DNA of 64,000 nucleotides from Minisyncoccota bacterium (GTDB lineage: Bacteria; Patescibacteriota; Minisyncoccia; Phycocordibacterales; UBA6065). The notes below the pieces were generated by a model. That model saw only the letters and a list, made by a program, of their open reading frames with translations, searched no databases and was not told where the DNA came from. The first letter of the stretch is position 1. Every line of letters starts with the position of its first letter. Below, piece by piece: positions 1 to 9,054 of this stretch. A program made the translations under genes and the position numbers. The stretch is from contig DAORIX010000001.1 in NCBI GenBank assembly GCA_035438745.1, positions 3,075-67,074 on the forward strand, read 5' to 3'.

Positions 1-740
1 ATCACATGGAGGGACACATACTCATTTCACTTCTTGGGCAAGAAAAAGAAAAAACTGTTTCTGCTCCCGCTACACGCTACACCCTACACACTCTCACCTA
101 TCCCGCCCTCGCACTTCTCATATCAGGAGGTCACACCGAACTCGTACACATGGAAAAAGAAAAATCCTACACCGTCGTAGGCCAGACGCTCGATGACGCC
201 GTCGGAGAATGTTTTGATAAAATAGCTCGCACTCTTTCGCTCCCCTATCCTGGAGGACCAGAAATATCGCGCCTTGCAGACATAGCACGCACAAACAACA
301 TACACTCACCAGAAAAACTCCCTCGACCCATGCTTCATTCGGGCAATCTTGATTTTTCTTTTTCGGGACTCAAAACTGCGGTACTCTATCTCACACAAAA
401 AATCGGTACCCTCACCGAAGAAGTAAAACAAGGAATCGCGCGAGAAGCCGAGGAAGCAATCACCGATGTAATCATTGCAAAGACACGCAAAGCAATTGAA
501 ACCTACGGCTCAGAAACACTCATTATTGGAGGAGGTGTTATTGCAAACGCACACCTTAGGGATGCGCTCACAAAACTTGCCCAAGAAAAAAATATCACCT
601 CTCATATTCCACTCATTTCTCACTCAACAGACAATGCGCTCATGATAGCGCTCGCAGGCTACCTGAATCGAGACAAGGCACAGACAGGAAATACACCTAT
701 ACAAGCGCAAGGAAATCTCCGTATTGATACGACCGCCTAG
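1..740 (+). CDS. tsaD: tRNA N6-adenosine threonylcarbamoyltransferase TsaD (Kae1/YgjD family), 5'-truncated by the window edge
   Basis: Motifs LLISGGHTEL, DDAVGECFDKIARTLSLPYPGGP and LIIGGGVIANAHLR are typical of the TsaD C-terminal half; the ORF runs to the window start. Confidence 0.8.
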   Translation, partial: HMEGHILISLLGQEKEKTVSAPATRYTLHTLTYPALALLISGGHTELVHMEKEKSYTVVGQTLDDAVGECFDKIARTLSLPYPGGPEISRLADIARTNNIHSPEKLPRPMLHSGNLDFSFSGLKTAVLYLTQKIGTLTEEVKQGIAREAEEAITDVIIAKTRKAIETYGSETLIIGGGVIANAHLRDALTKLAQEKNITSHIPLISHSTDNALMIALAGYLNRDKAQTGNTPIQAQGNLRIDTTA

Positions 741-1357
741 TACTCGCCTCCGAGAATATCTTTTACGAGAGGTATAACCCTCAAAGCAATTTTTGCATAC
801 CCAGCGTCATTAGGATGTATTGCATCACTCATGTAACGAGAATCAGCAAAAAGACCGCTCAAAACATCAGGAATGTATGCTGAGCCCGTTGAGTCTGCAA
901 TGTCCTCATACATTGAGTCATACGGATCACCCAGAATGCCTCCGCGCACACCGAGAAGTACAGTGACTGCACCAGCATTTTGAAATGTAGAAATAATCGA
1001 GCGTAAATTCTTTTCGGTGTCGACTCGAGACACACGACGCAGTGCATCATTGCCTCCCAAAAGAATTAAAACGACATTCGGTTTTTTTACGAGAGCGTCA
1101 GGGACACGGAGAACACCGTCAGATGTTGTGTTTCCTGATTTTCCAAAATTTAAAACAGGAACACCGATTCCACGACCAATGAGGGATGGCAAATCATTGC
1201 CCTTTGTCGCACCGACGCCCTCGACGAGACTGTCGCCAAACATCATCACTGTATTTCCTTGGGGTGGATAATTGGTGAGAGGTGTTTTTTTGAAAAACAA
1301 AAACCACGCACTAACGCAAACGATTATAAGTACGAAAAGTATAGTTTTTTTATTCAT
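737..1357 (-). CDS. SGNH/GDSL-family hydrolase (lipase/esterase-like) with N-terminal TM/signal segment
   Basis: FGDSLVEG (GDS block), LGGNDA, DAIHPN catalytic blocks; hydrophobic N-terminus. Confidence 0.7.
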   Translation of the reverse strand: MNKKTILFVLIIVCVSAWFLFFKKTPLTNYPPQGNTVMMFGDSLVEGVGATKGNDLPSLIGRGIGVPVLNFGKSGNTTSDGVLRVPDALVKKPNVVLILLGGNDALRRVSRVDTEKNLRSIISTFQNAGAVTVLLGVRGGILGDPYDSMYEDIADSTGSAYIPDVLSGLFADSRYMSDAIHPNDAGYAKIALRVIPLVKDILGGEY

Positions 1358-1366
1358 GCAGATTTT

Positions 1367-1633
1367 TTATTTACCCCAACGAAAACGTGGTTTCTCGCCG
1401 GTGAGATAACACACGAGAATGAGTAGTAGAGTGAGAGCGAGAGAAGGCACCACATCGGCAAAGAAAACAATATCAGCGGATACCGGTGTCGAAGCGTGTA
1501 TGCCATCAAATATGTATACGATACCGACAATATAGAGAGCCAAAACAGCCCATCCTTCCCATGATGAAGGCGTCCAACCCCAGCCATAGCGCTTTGACTT
1601 GAACCACATTTTTTTGGTTATCATATGTTTCAA
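1367..1633 (-). CDS. small membrane protein (2 TM), unknown function
   Basis: ORF with W/G-rich N-terminus (RYGWGWTPSSWEGW) and two hydrophobic helices; no recognised family. Confidence 0.4.
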   Translation of the reverse strand: MKHMITKKMWFKSKRYGWGWTPSSWEGWAVLALYIVGIVYIFDGIHASTPVSADIVFFADVVPSLALTLLLILVCYLTGEKPRFRWGK

Positions 1634-1646
1634 AAATTAAAATAAT

Positions 1647-2093
1647 CTAACGAGTAAGATAAAAAATAAGCAGAAACAGTGAGCTCCACCACAGAGTAAA
1701 AGAGATCACGAAACTCACCGTTATCAACTGCTGAATGTGACGAGGTAACAGCTCAGACGAGCGACCCTCCCTCTCCTGACGGAGCAAATACGGACTAATA
1801 TAAAACGACAAAAAACATCCATTCAAAATCAAAACACCAAAAGCGATAGCGTGGAAAAGAGGTATACCACGTAGAGCTTCACCCCAATAAAAATAAGTGC
1901 CCGCAGTAATTACCAAAAAAGTTCCTATCCAAATCAAAGGCTTGGTCACTTTGTGAGTACGAATCGTTGCCTCCGTCCAATACGATGATTTTCTACCCAA
2001 AAAACCATGGAGATCGATCACCGTAACCGCTCCGAGACCGATGACGAAACCAGCACATATGAGAAACAAAGCAATGGTGTCAAAAATAGCCAT
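1647..2093 (-). CDS. membrane protein (about 4 TM), unknown function
   Basis: 148 aa ORF with four hydrophobic segments, in tandem with the preceding small membrane ORF and the SGNH hydrolase. Confidence 0.45.
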   Translation of the reverse strand: MAIFDTIALFLICAGFVIGLGAVTVIDLHGFLGRKSSYWTEATIRTHKVTKPLIWIGTFLVITAGTYFYWGEALRGIPLFHAIAFGVLILNGCFLSFYISPYLLRQEREGRSSELLPRHIQQLITVSFVISFTLWWSSLFLLIFYLTR

Positions 2094-2196
2094 ATGTAAT
2101 TAAAAATAGTTACTCTATATCTCTATCATACACCTCTGCGTTACCCTTGAACACAAAGGACAAAAACTCTTTAATTTGCTATGATTTTTCATATCT

Positions 2197-4362
2197 ATGA
2201 TACACAAAGATCCAGCGATACCTGAGAAATTTCTAAAACCATACAACCCCAAGGAAACTGAGGAGATTTTGTACAAAAAGTGGCTTGATTCAGGCTATTT
2301 TAATCCTGACAATTTGCCTTCACGCCATACAACACCTTTTTCAATAGTACTCCCCCCTCCAAACGTTACGGGAACCCTTCACATGGGACACGCATCGATG
2401 CTCGTTATCCAAGACATCATGGTTCGTTACAAGCGCATGATGGGATTCAAAACTCTCTGGATACCAGGCACTGATCACGCGGCAATCGCCACACAATCAA
2501 AGGTTGAAAGTGAAATCTACAAAAAAGAAGGCAAACGTCGCCACGATTTGGGTCGCGAAGAATTACTCAAACGAATTGAAAAATTCGCGCGTGAGAGTCA
2601 CGACACGATTGTAAACCAAACAAAGCGTATGGGTGCTTCACTCGACTGGTCACGAGAAGCCTACACGCTCGATGCACCACGTGAAAAAGCGGTGTTTGAG
2701 GCATTCAAGCAGATGTATAACGACAAGCTCATCTATCGAGGTCACAAAATCGTAAACTGGGATCCGAAAGGACAAACAACTATCTCTGATGACGAAATCG
2801 TATACGTTGAAGAAAAAACAAAGTTCTACTATTTCACCTACGGCCCCTTTACCATTGGAACGGCTCGTCCCGAAACAAAATTTGGTGACAAATATGTCGT
2901 GATGCATCCTGACGACGAACGCTATGCGCAGTACAAACATGGCGACACGTTAGACATCGAATGGATTAACGGACCAATGAAAGCGACAATTATAAAAGAC
3001 CCGTCAATCGACATGGCATTCGGAACAGGCGTTATGACAATCACTCCGTGGCACTCACGAGTAGACTTTGATATTGCTGAGAAATTCAAACTAGAAAAGG
3101 AACCTATCATCGATAGCTACGGAAAACTCCTCCCTATCGCCAAGGAATTTGCCGGCATGAAAATACTCGATGCACGACCAAAAATTGTTGAGAAACTAAA
3201 AGCAAAAGGACTTCTCGTAAAAGAAGAAGACTATACGCACAACATCGCTACCGCAGAAAGAACCGGAGGTATTGTTGAGCCTCAAATAATGAATCAGTGG
3301 TTTATTGATGTAAACAAAAAAATACCCGCTCGAGACAATAAAACCCTCAAAGAATTAATGCTCGGGACAGTAGAGAATAAACAAATTGATTTTTTGCCGG
3401 AACGCTTCGAAAAAGTCTACACGCACTGGATCACAAACCTTCGCGATTGGTGTATTTCACGCCAAATCTGGTTTGGTCACCGAATACCTGTCTGGTACAA
3501 AGACGGTGAAGAAAAAGTAAGCCTCACAAGCCCCGGAGAAGGCTGGATTCAGGATGAAGACACTCTCGATACGTGGTTTTCTTCGGGATTGTGGACATTT
3601 TCAACACTTGGCTGGCCAGAGAAGACAAAAGATTTTCAAACATATCACCCAACATCGGTACTCGAAACCGGATATGACATTATATTCTTTTGGGTTGCAC
3701 GCATGATTCTCATGTCGACCTATCTCATAGGAACCATTCCATTCAAAACCGTATACCTCAACGGAATTGTTCGAAATGCTGATGGATCAAAAATGTCTAA
3801 ATCAAAAGGAGCAATAGACCCTCTCGAAATGTGCGACACCTACGGAACAGACGCCGTACGCATGAGCCTCATTGTGGGTACAGGACCCGGAAACGACACC
3901 AAAATGTCTGAAGATAAAATCCGTGCCTACAAAAACTTTGCAAACAAACTCTGGAACATCACCCGATTCGTCCTCTCTTCAACAGAGGGAGAAACTATCG
4001 AACCATCATTCTCCGCTTTCTCAGCACAGGATAAAGAGCTCATGTTGAAACAGAAGACCTTGCTCGCCGAAATCACCAAAGAAATGGATGAATACAAGTT
4101 TTATCTCGTAGGAGAAAAGCTCTACGCGTACACATGGCATGAATTTGCCGACATCATCCTCGAGGAATCAAAAAAGATTCTGCTCGAGGGCACAGATACT
4201 GAAAAGAAATCTCGTAAACAATTCCTCCTCCATACACTCGTACTCATCCTAAAGACTCTTCATCCTTTTGTTCCTTTCGTAACAGAAGAAATCTGGAAAG
4301 ATATTCCCCTACCAAACAAAAAAGACCTTATAATAGAGACGTGGCCTTATGAACTCAATTAG
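2197..4362 (+). CDS. valS: valine--tRNA ligase (short form lacking the C-terminal coiled-coil)
   Basis: HIGH motif PPPNVTGTLHMGHA, KMSKS motif, CP1 editing-domain blocks; 721 aa. Confidence 0.9.
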   Translation: MIHKDPAIPEKFLKPYNPKETEEILYKKWLDSGYFNPDNLPSRHTTPFSIVLPPPNVTGTLHMGHASMLVIQDIMVRYKRMMGFKTLWIPGTDHAAIATQSKVESEIYKKEGKRRHDLGREELLKRIEKFARESHDTIVNQTKRMGASLDWSREAYTLDAPREKAVFEAFKQMYNDKLIYRGHKIVNWDPKGQTTISDDEIVYVEEKTKFYYFTYGPFTIGTARPETKFGDKYVVMHPDDERYAQYKHGDTLDIEWINGPMKATIIKDPSIDMAFGTGVMTITPWHSRVDFDIAEKFKLEKEPIIDSYGKLLPIAKEFAGMKILDARPKIVEKLKAKGLLVKEEDYTHNIATAERTGGIVEPQIMNQWFIDVNKKIPARDNKTLKELMLGTVENKQIDFLPERFEKVYTHWITNLRDWCISRQIWFGHRIPVWYKDGEEKVSLTSPGEGWIQDEDTLDTWFSSGLWTFSTLGWPEKTKDFQTYHPTSVLETGYDIIFFWVARMILMSTYLIGTIPFKTVYLNGIVRNADGSKMSKSKGAIDPLEMCDTYGTDAVRMSLIVGTGPGNDTKMSEDKIRAYKNFANKLWNITRFVLSSTEGETIEPSFSAFSAQDKELMLKQKTLLAEITKEMDEYKFYLVGEKLYAYTWHEFADIILEESKKILLEGTDTEKKSRKQFLLHTLVLILKTLHPFVPFVTEEIWKDIPLPNKKDLIIETWPYELN

Positions 4363-5077
4363 CACCCTCACGTATGCAGGTCTCGCCGGTATATTGCCCG
4401 CTCTCGCGTGGTTGTGGTTTTGGTTGCGAGAAGACAAACTCCATCCTGAACCTAGGGGACGCATTGCACTTTGTTTTATCGCTGGAATGCTCGCAGTACT
4501 GATTGTGATTGGACCAGAAAGATTTGTAGCACGTTATCTCGGCTTTGATGGTGATTTTTACTCTTTTTTCCAAAGTGCGGCAACTCTCATAAAAATAAAG
4601 CTATTCGTCTCATGGTCTGCCATCGAAGAGTTAGCAAAATACATGATGGTACTCCTCGTTGCACTGCAATCAAAAGATTTTGATGAGCCTGTAGATGCGC
4701 TCATGTATACCATCACGGTGGCTTTAGGATTTTCTGCCCTCGAAAACGCAGCTTTTGTCCTCCCCCATTTCCTCTCACACGACATCGTACAAGGGTTTAT
4801 TGTAGGAAACCTACGATTTCTCGGTGCGAGCCTTCTCCACGTGGTCTCCTCGGCGGCAATCGGCTTTGCCATTGCACACTCGTTTTACATGAGTTTTTGG
4901 AAAAAAATCTTTTGGAATATTGGCGGAGTTGTCACCGCAATCATATTGCATACAACCTTTAATTTCTTTATAATAGACAGCAACGGAAGCAAAACCTTTT
5001 TGATCTTTGGAATTCTGTGGACGGGTACAATCATACTCCTCCTATTATTTGAGAAACTAAAAAAATTAAACGCATAA
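4349..5077 (+). CDS. PrsW-family intramembrane protease-like membrane protein
   Basis: Multi-TM protein with EELAKY (EExxK), FSALEN and HVVSSAAIGFAIAH blocks resembling PrsW motifs; start overlaps the valS stop. Confidence 0.55.
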   Translation: MNSISTLTYAGLAGILPALAWLWFWLREDKLHPEPRGRIALCFIAGMLAVLIVIGPERFVARYLGFDGDFYSFFQSAATLIKIKLFVSWSAIEELAKYMMVLLVALQSKDFDEPVDALMYTITVALGFSALENAAFVLPHFLSHDIVQGFIVGNLRFLGASLLHVVSSAAIGFAIAHSFYMSFWKKIFWNIGGVVTAIILHTTFNFFIIDSNGSKTFLIFGILWTGTIILLLLFEKLKKLNA

Positions 5078-5079
5078 CC

Positions 5080-5532
5080 ATGCTCCAGTCAAAAAAATCA
5101 TTCTTTGAAAGACTTACTGGTACCGTCAAAATAGATGACGAGAATGAGCTCATGGCCCACGACAATGTGCCTAACCCGAGCATTCTCGATGAGGATCCAA
5201 CAGACGGACAGCTCGCGGTTGATGTGTATCGCACACCAGAAGAAATAGTAATCAAAACAATGATTGCGGGTGTTCGTCCTGACGATCTCGATATAAACAT
5301 CACCCGAAGCATGGTGACAATACGCGGAAAGAGAGAGGAATCTCGTGAGGTACGTGATAATGACTACTTTTTTAGAGAACTCTATTGGGGAACATTCTCT
5401 AGAACCATATCTCTCCCCGAAGAAATCGAAGTTGAAGACGCTGAGGCAATAGAAAAACACGGACTTCTCATTATACGCTTGCCGAAAATAGACAAAGCAC
5501 GAAATAACAAACTCAAAGTTAAGTCGTCATAA
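5080..5532 (+). CDS. Hsp20/alpha-crystallin family small heat shock protein
   Basis: Alpha-crystallin domain pattern (DVYRTPEEIVIKTMIAGVRPDDLDINI..., GTFSRTISLPEEI..., GLLIIRLPK). Confidence 0.8.
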   Translation: MLQSKKSFFERLTGTVKIDDENELMAHDNVPNPSILDEDPTDGQLAVDVYRTPEEIVIKTMIAGVRPDDLDINITRSMVTIRGKREESREVRDNDYFFRELYWGTFSRTISLPEEIEVEDAEAIEKHGLLIIRLPKIDKARNNKLKVKSS

Positions 5533-5540
5533 AGAAAAAA

Positions 5541-5565
5541 CCACCTCGAGAGAGGTGGTTTTTTG
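5541..5565 (+). terminator. rho-independent terminator after hsp20
   Basis: ccacctc-gaga-gaggtgg hairpin followed by TTTTTT. Confidence 0.6.
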
Positions 5566-5714
5566 ACCCAGGGTTTCTCCCTCGACTAAAACTTTTTCGA
5601 ATCAGGTTCGGTCCTTACAGGACCAGTACCCCGATTGGACGCGTAAGAACGCGTACTCAATCGGGCTTCGAACCTGGGGCGGGCAGTGCCTCCGCACTGC
5701 CCTTCCAAGCACAA
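5566..5714. other. GC-rich, highly structured intergenic element (candidate small ncRNA or tRNA-Phe-derived pseudo-tRNA remnant)
   Basis: About 57% GC against about 40% background. Three near-perfect hairpins: GGGCAGTGC-CTCC-GCACTGCCC; CCCGATTG..ACGCGT-aaga-ACGCGT..CAATCGGG; GGTCC-ttaca-GGACC. On the minus strand it starts GCTTGGAAGG and contains CCCCAGGTTCGAAGC, both echoing the acceptor and T-arm of the adjacent tRNA-Phe. Confidence 0.3.
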
Positions 5715-5740
5715 GAAAAAAACGGCCTATGCCGTTTTTT
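5715..5740. terminator. bidirectional hairpin terminator (serves the minus-strand tRNA-Phe)
   Basis: A-run, aacggc-ctat-gccgtt, T-run; outer arms ccaagcacaag/cttgtgcttgg extend the stem into the tRNA 3' end. Confidence 0.5.
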
Positions 5741-5745
5741 GCTTG

Positions 5746-5818
5746 TGCTTGGACCCAGGTTCGAACTGGGGACCCTTCCCTCTTCAGGGGAATGCTCTAC
5801 CAACTGAGCTATCCAAGC
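5746..5818 (-). tRNA. tRNA-Phe (GAA)
   Basis: Minus-strand sequence GCTTGGATAGCTCAGTTGGTAGAGCATTCCCCTGAAGAGGGAAGGGTCCCCAGTTCGAACCTGGGTCCAAGCA folds as a canonical cloverleaf (7/4/5/5 bp stems, anticodon loop CTGAAGA, T-loop TTCGAAC); CCA not encoded. Confidence 0.9.
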
Positions 5819-5823
5819 AAGTA

Positions 5824-6102
5824 TTATTCTGTGAGCGATTTCAAATTATCGAGCGTGTTGTTGAGCAAAGAGCCCGGATGAAGCATGTCATTTGAACCCT
5901 GCTCAACACTACCAACAAAAGACTCAAGATATGGCTGTATCAGATAATATGCACCAAAGAATGATCCAAGAATGAGTCCGTAGTAAACAACCTTCATAAC
6001 TGTACCGAGAAACACTGCCTTTTTCATCTTTAAAAGCAAAGCGTTGTTTTCTTTCGCAAGCTCAAACGTTCTTTTTAAAAGGTCTTTTTCTTCTGGTGAC
6101 AT
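5824..6102 (-). CDS. small membrane protein, unknown function
   Basis: 92 aa ORF between the two tRNA genes; charged N-terminus plus one TM helix. Confidence 0.4.
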   Translation of the reverse strand: MSPEEKDLLKRTFELAKENNALLLKMKKAVFLGTVMKVVYYGLILGSFFGAYYLIQPYLESFVGSVEQGSNDMLHPGSLLNNTLDNLKSLTE

Positions 6103-6178
6103 ACAGGGGTGAGTATAGCAAAAAATACCTTAAAATCAACACACGCCACGGTATATACGAGTAATACGAATACGCCTA

Positions 6179-6250
6179 GTGCCCCTGCCAAGAATTGAAC
6201 TTGGATCAGCTCGTTAGGAGTGAGCTATTCTATCCGTTGAACTACAGGGG
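6179..6250 (-). tRNA. tRNA-Arg (CCT)
   Basis: Minus-strand GCCCCTGTAGTTCAACGGATAGAATAGCTCACTCCTAACGAGCTGATCCAAGTTCAATTCTTGGCAGGGGCA; anticodon loop CTCCTAA with U33/A37; T-arm CCAAG-TTCAATT-CTTGG; one A:C mismatch in the anticodon stem. Confidence 0.8.
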
Positions 6251-6272
6251 CGATTTATTAAAACTACCACCT

Positions 6273-6313
6273 ACCAAGCAAAAAACAAAGCATGAGGCTT
6301 TGTTTTTTGCTTG
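6273..6313. terminator. 41-nt perfect hairpin (18-bp stem, 5-nt loop), bidirectional terminator between the glutaredoxin gene and tRNA-Arg
   Basis: ccaagcaaaaaacaaagc-atgag-gctttgttttttgcttgg; the arms are exact reverse complements. Confidence 0.6.
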
Positions 6314-6333
6314 GTATAAAAAGCGAATGAACA

Positions 6334-6570
6334 CTATTTTACCCCGAGAAGATCAGCTACCGTGCCCTTGTCAAAACCAACAACAACTTGACCATCAATA
6401 TCAATAACAGGCACGCCCATTTGACCACTTTTTTCTACCATTTCTTTTCTACGCAAAGCGTCAGAAGCAACATTAAACTCCGTATATGTTATGTTATTTT
6501 TCTTAAAAAAATCTTTTGCCATCGTGCAGTACGTACAAGTAGGTGTTGAATAGATCAATACATTTTTCAT
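6334..6570 (-). CDS. glutaredoxin-like / NrdH-like thioredoxin-fold protein
   Basis: 78 aa, CTYC active-site motif near the N-terminus, GVPVIDIDG and GFDKG blocks typical of glutaredoxins. Confidence 0.7.
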   Translation of the reverse strand: MKNVLIYSTPTCTYCTMAKDFFKKNNITYTEFNVASDALRRKEMVEKSGQMGVPVIDIDGQVVVGFDKGTVADLLGVK

Positions 6571-6629
6571 ATGTTTTTCTAAATTAATGTGTACTCAAGT
6601 ATACCACAATGAAAAAACAGGAATACTCA

Positions 6630-7016
6630 TTAGAAAATACTTTTCACAAAAGAGAAAAGGCGTTTAAAAATACCCTCCTCAGATACAGTATCAGGGTTTT
6701 TTTGACCTGCTTCGTCCTCAATAAGCACAACAACACGTTCACCCTCCTTCACAAAGCCAAATTTTTCACGAACCTCTCGTTCTTTTCCTTGGAGTGTTCC
6801 GAGGGCAGCAATTTTTTTATCGAGCATATCTCGCCTGTCTTCTACCAGGAGATACTCTTTCTGGGTTTGAGCCCGTATAAGCTTACTCTTTTGAAACTTC
6901 TCATGCGCATTGAAAACTGGTCGAATCATGAGGAGGCACAATAGAAAAAGTACCCCGAGAGCATACCGAGAATGGAGCATTTGCTTGAACCTGCGTCTAT
7001 TTTGGAACTCTTTCAT
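6630..7016 (-). CDS. FtsB/DivIC-like septum formation initiator family protein (putative)
   Basis: Short cytoplasmic N-terminus, single TM (LGVLFLLCLLMIRPVF) and coiled-coil stretch; -10 box TATAAT upstream. Confidence 0.4.
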   Translation of the reverse strand: MKEFQNRRRFKQMLHSRYALGVLFLLCLLMIRPVFNAHEKFQKSKLIRAQTQKEYLLVEDRRDMLDKKIAALGTLQGKEREVREKFGFVKEGERVVVLIEDEAGQKNPDTVSEEGIFKRLFSFVKSIF

Positions 7017-7175
7017 GCGTATCGTTTAGATGTTGCTAAACTTTTTACCTGTCTTTATACTGTATCACATGATTATAGACCCAAAAAAACGAAAACACCT
7101 CAATATCGCATCAGCAATACTTGCGGTTCTTATTATTGTGAGCATGATACTCCTCTATCTTCCAGCTCTCTACTC

Positions 7176-8981
7176 TTAGTTTTCCCCGCTTCGAATCATT
7201 TTTACAAAAACATCCTGAGGAATGTTTACGTTTCCAACGCCTCTCTCTTTGAGTCGTTTCTTTCCCTCTTTTTGTTGCTCCCAGAGCTTCTTCTTTCTCG
7301 TAATGTCACCACCATAGAGATGTCCCGTCACATCTTTTTTAAGCGCGCTCAATGTACGAGAAGCGAGGATGCGTCCCATAGCCTTTCCTTGTATTTTTGT
7401 TGTAAACATTTGGCGTGGCAAAATACCGAATAGTTTTTCAACCACCGCTTCGGCTTCTTCATATGCCTTTTTCTTTGAGACAACGCGTGTAAACGCCGGA
7501 ATAGGCTCTTCAGCAACGAGAATATCGAGCCTCACTACATCAGCGGTTCTCATTCCTGTTTGCGTATAGGAAATAGAACCATATCCAGATGTCACGCTTT
7601 TTACCTCATCAAAAAAATTACGCATGAGTTCCCGCAAAGGCATCTCAATCACGAGCTCAGTTCTATTTTCTCCGAATGTATCAGAATGAGTCATTGATCC
7701 TTCGTGCTCAAATACGAGCTGGGTGAGTTTTCCAATATATTCATGAGGAGTAATTATTTTCATGAGTACCCACGGCTCTTCAACGGACTGAATAGCCCCG
7801 TCATCAGGAAAAAGTGGTGGCGAATACACAATCTCCTTTTTCCCTTTTTGATTGGTAACCAAATACGTAATCGATGGTGTCGTAACAATGAGCTCAAGAT
7901 TGAACTCTCTGCGAAGTCGCTCGGTGATGATTTCCAAATGAAGCATTCCTAGAAAACCACATCTAAAACCTCGTCCCAAAATACCAGAAGACTCTTCCTC
8001 GTAGGTAAAAGCGGAGTCCGAAAGAGAGAGACGAGAGAGCGCCTGACGGAGAAAAACGAGGTCATCCTGACTTTCAGGGTAAATAGATGCCCATACCATC
8101 GGAGAAGGCTTCATATAGCCTGCCAAAGGCTCCAGGCGAGAGTGTTCTCGTGTAATGGTATCTCCCACTGAAGCGACACCTGGCTCCTTAACACCTGTCA
8201 CTATATAGCCAATCTCACCCGCTCCGAGAGTTCCTGTAGGAACTTCCTGAGGAGAAAATATTCCTACCTCAAGGGCTATAAATTTCTCTTGCGCCCCCAT
8301 AAATTCGAGCGTGTCCCCTTTTGTCACCACGCCATCCATCACTCGTGTATACACGGTAACGCCACGATGATTTGAGTATTGAAAATCAAAAACGAGCGAA
8401 CGAAAATCTTTTGACTGAGCAGTAGTTTTTGGACACGGAACCCTCTTTACCACCTCCTCAAGAAGATGTGCCACACCTTCTCCGGTTTTTCCAGAAACTT
8501 CGAGAATCGTATCGGGAGAAATAGCGAGGAGCTTTGCGATTTCAAGTTTAACTTCATCAATACGTGCAAGAGGAGAATCAATCTTTGAAATTACAGGAAT
8601 GAGAGTGAGCCCTGTCTCACGTGCCATATTGAGCGTAGTGAGCGTTTGGGCCTGTACACCCTGTGTTGCATCAACGAGAAGGATAGATCCTTCAACAGCC
8701 TTGAGTGCTCTAGAAACTTCATATGAAAAATCAATATGCCCCGGTGTATCGATAAGGTTGAGCTCGTACTCCGCTCCCTCGTGTACATATTTCATACGAA
8801 CTGGCTGCATTTTAATAGTAATGCCACGCTCGCGCTCAAGCTCCATTGAATCGAGAACCTGCTCTTGCATCTTTCGTTTTTCAATAGTGCCCGTCATTTC
8901 AAGCAATCGATCCGCAAGGGTCGATTTGCCGTGGTCGATATGGGCAATAATGCTAAAATTTCGTATTCGTGAGATATCCAT
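7176..8981 (-). CDS. lepA: elongation factor 4 (LepA)
   Basis: IRNFSIIAHIDHGKSTLADRLL G1 motif, DTPGHIDF, NKID blocks; 601 aa full-length LepA architecture. Confidence 0.95.
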   Translation of the reverse strand: MDISRIRNFSIIAHIDHGKSTLADRLLEMTGTIEKRKMQEQVLDSMELERERGITIKMQPVRMKYVHEGAEYELNLIDTPGHIDFSYEVSRALKAVEGSILLVDATQGVQAQTLTTLNMARETGLTLIPVISKIDSPLARIDEVKLEIAKLLAISPDTILEVSGKTGEGVAHLLEEVVKRVPCPKTTAQSKDFRSLVFDFQYSNHRGVTVYTRVMDGVVTKGDTLEFMGAQEKFIALEVGIFSPQEVPTGTLGAGEIGYIVTGVKEPGVASVGDTITREHSRLEPLAGYMKPSPMVWASIYPESQDDLVFLRQALSRLSLSDSAFTYEEESSGILGRGFRCGFLGMLHLEIITERLRREFNLELIVTTPSITYLVTNQKGKKEIVYSPPLFPDDGAIQSVEEPWVLMKIITPHEYIGKLTQLVFEHEGSMTHSDTFGENRTELVIEMPLRELMRNFFDEVKSVTSGYGSISYTQTGMRTADVVRLDILVAEEPIPAFTRVVSKKKAYEEAEAVVEKLFGILPRQMFTTKIQGKAMGRILASRTLSALKKDVTGHLYGGDITRKKKLWEQQKEGKKRLKERGVGNVNIPQDVFVKMIRSGEN

Positions 8982-9054
8982 AGGAATACAGACATACTAT
9001 CAGAAAAACCCCAAAAATAAAGGTTTTAGCCTCGGAAGCACTAGAAAAATAATT

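Noticed and set aside
1017-1271. 84-aa ORF 1017..1271 (+) and other 60-160 aa antisense ORFs inside large genes (for example 9367..9855, 10906..11337, 29427..29861, 34840..35322, 42545..43027)
   Set aside because: They are fully embedded antisense in well-supported genes (SGNH hydrolase, murJ, Wzy_C-TPR, ColD-like, GT4) with low-complexity translations
5566-5714. SRP (4.5S) RNA assignment for the structured element
   Set aside because: Hairpin apices are CTCC/GGAG and AAGA/TCTT, not GNRA. The conserved helix-8 AGCA / GGAAG asymmetric-loop sequences are absent. Kept only as an unassigned structured element
5700-6330. Genomic island / integrated element at the tRNA-Phe / tRNA-Arg pair
   Set aside because: No integrase, no direct repeat of a tRNA 3' end; the apparent repeats are the complementary arms of terminator hairpins that extend the acceptor stems
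5686-6407. ORFs 5686..5895 (+) and 6195..6407 (+)
   Set aside because: They overlap tRNA-Phe and tRNA-Arg on the opposite strand and span terminator hairpins; translation is artefactual
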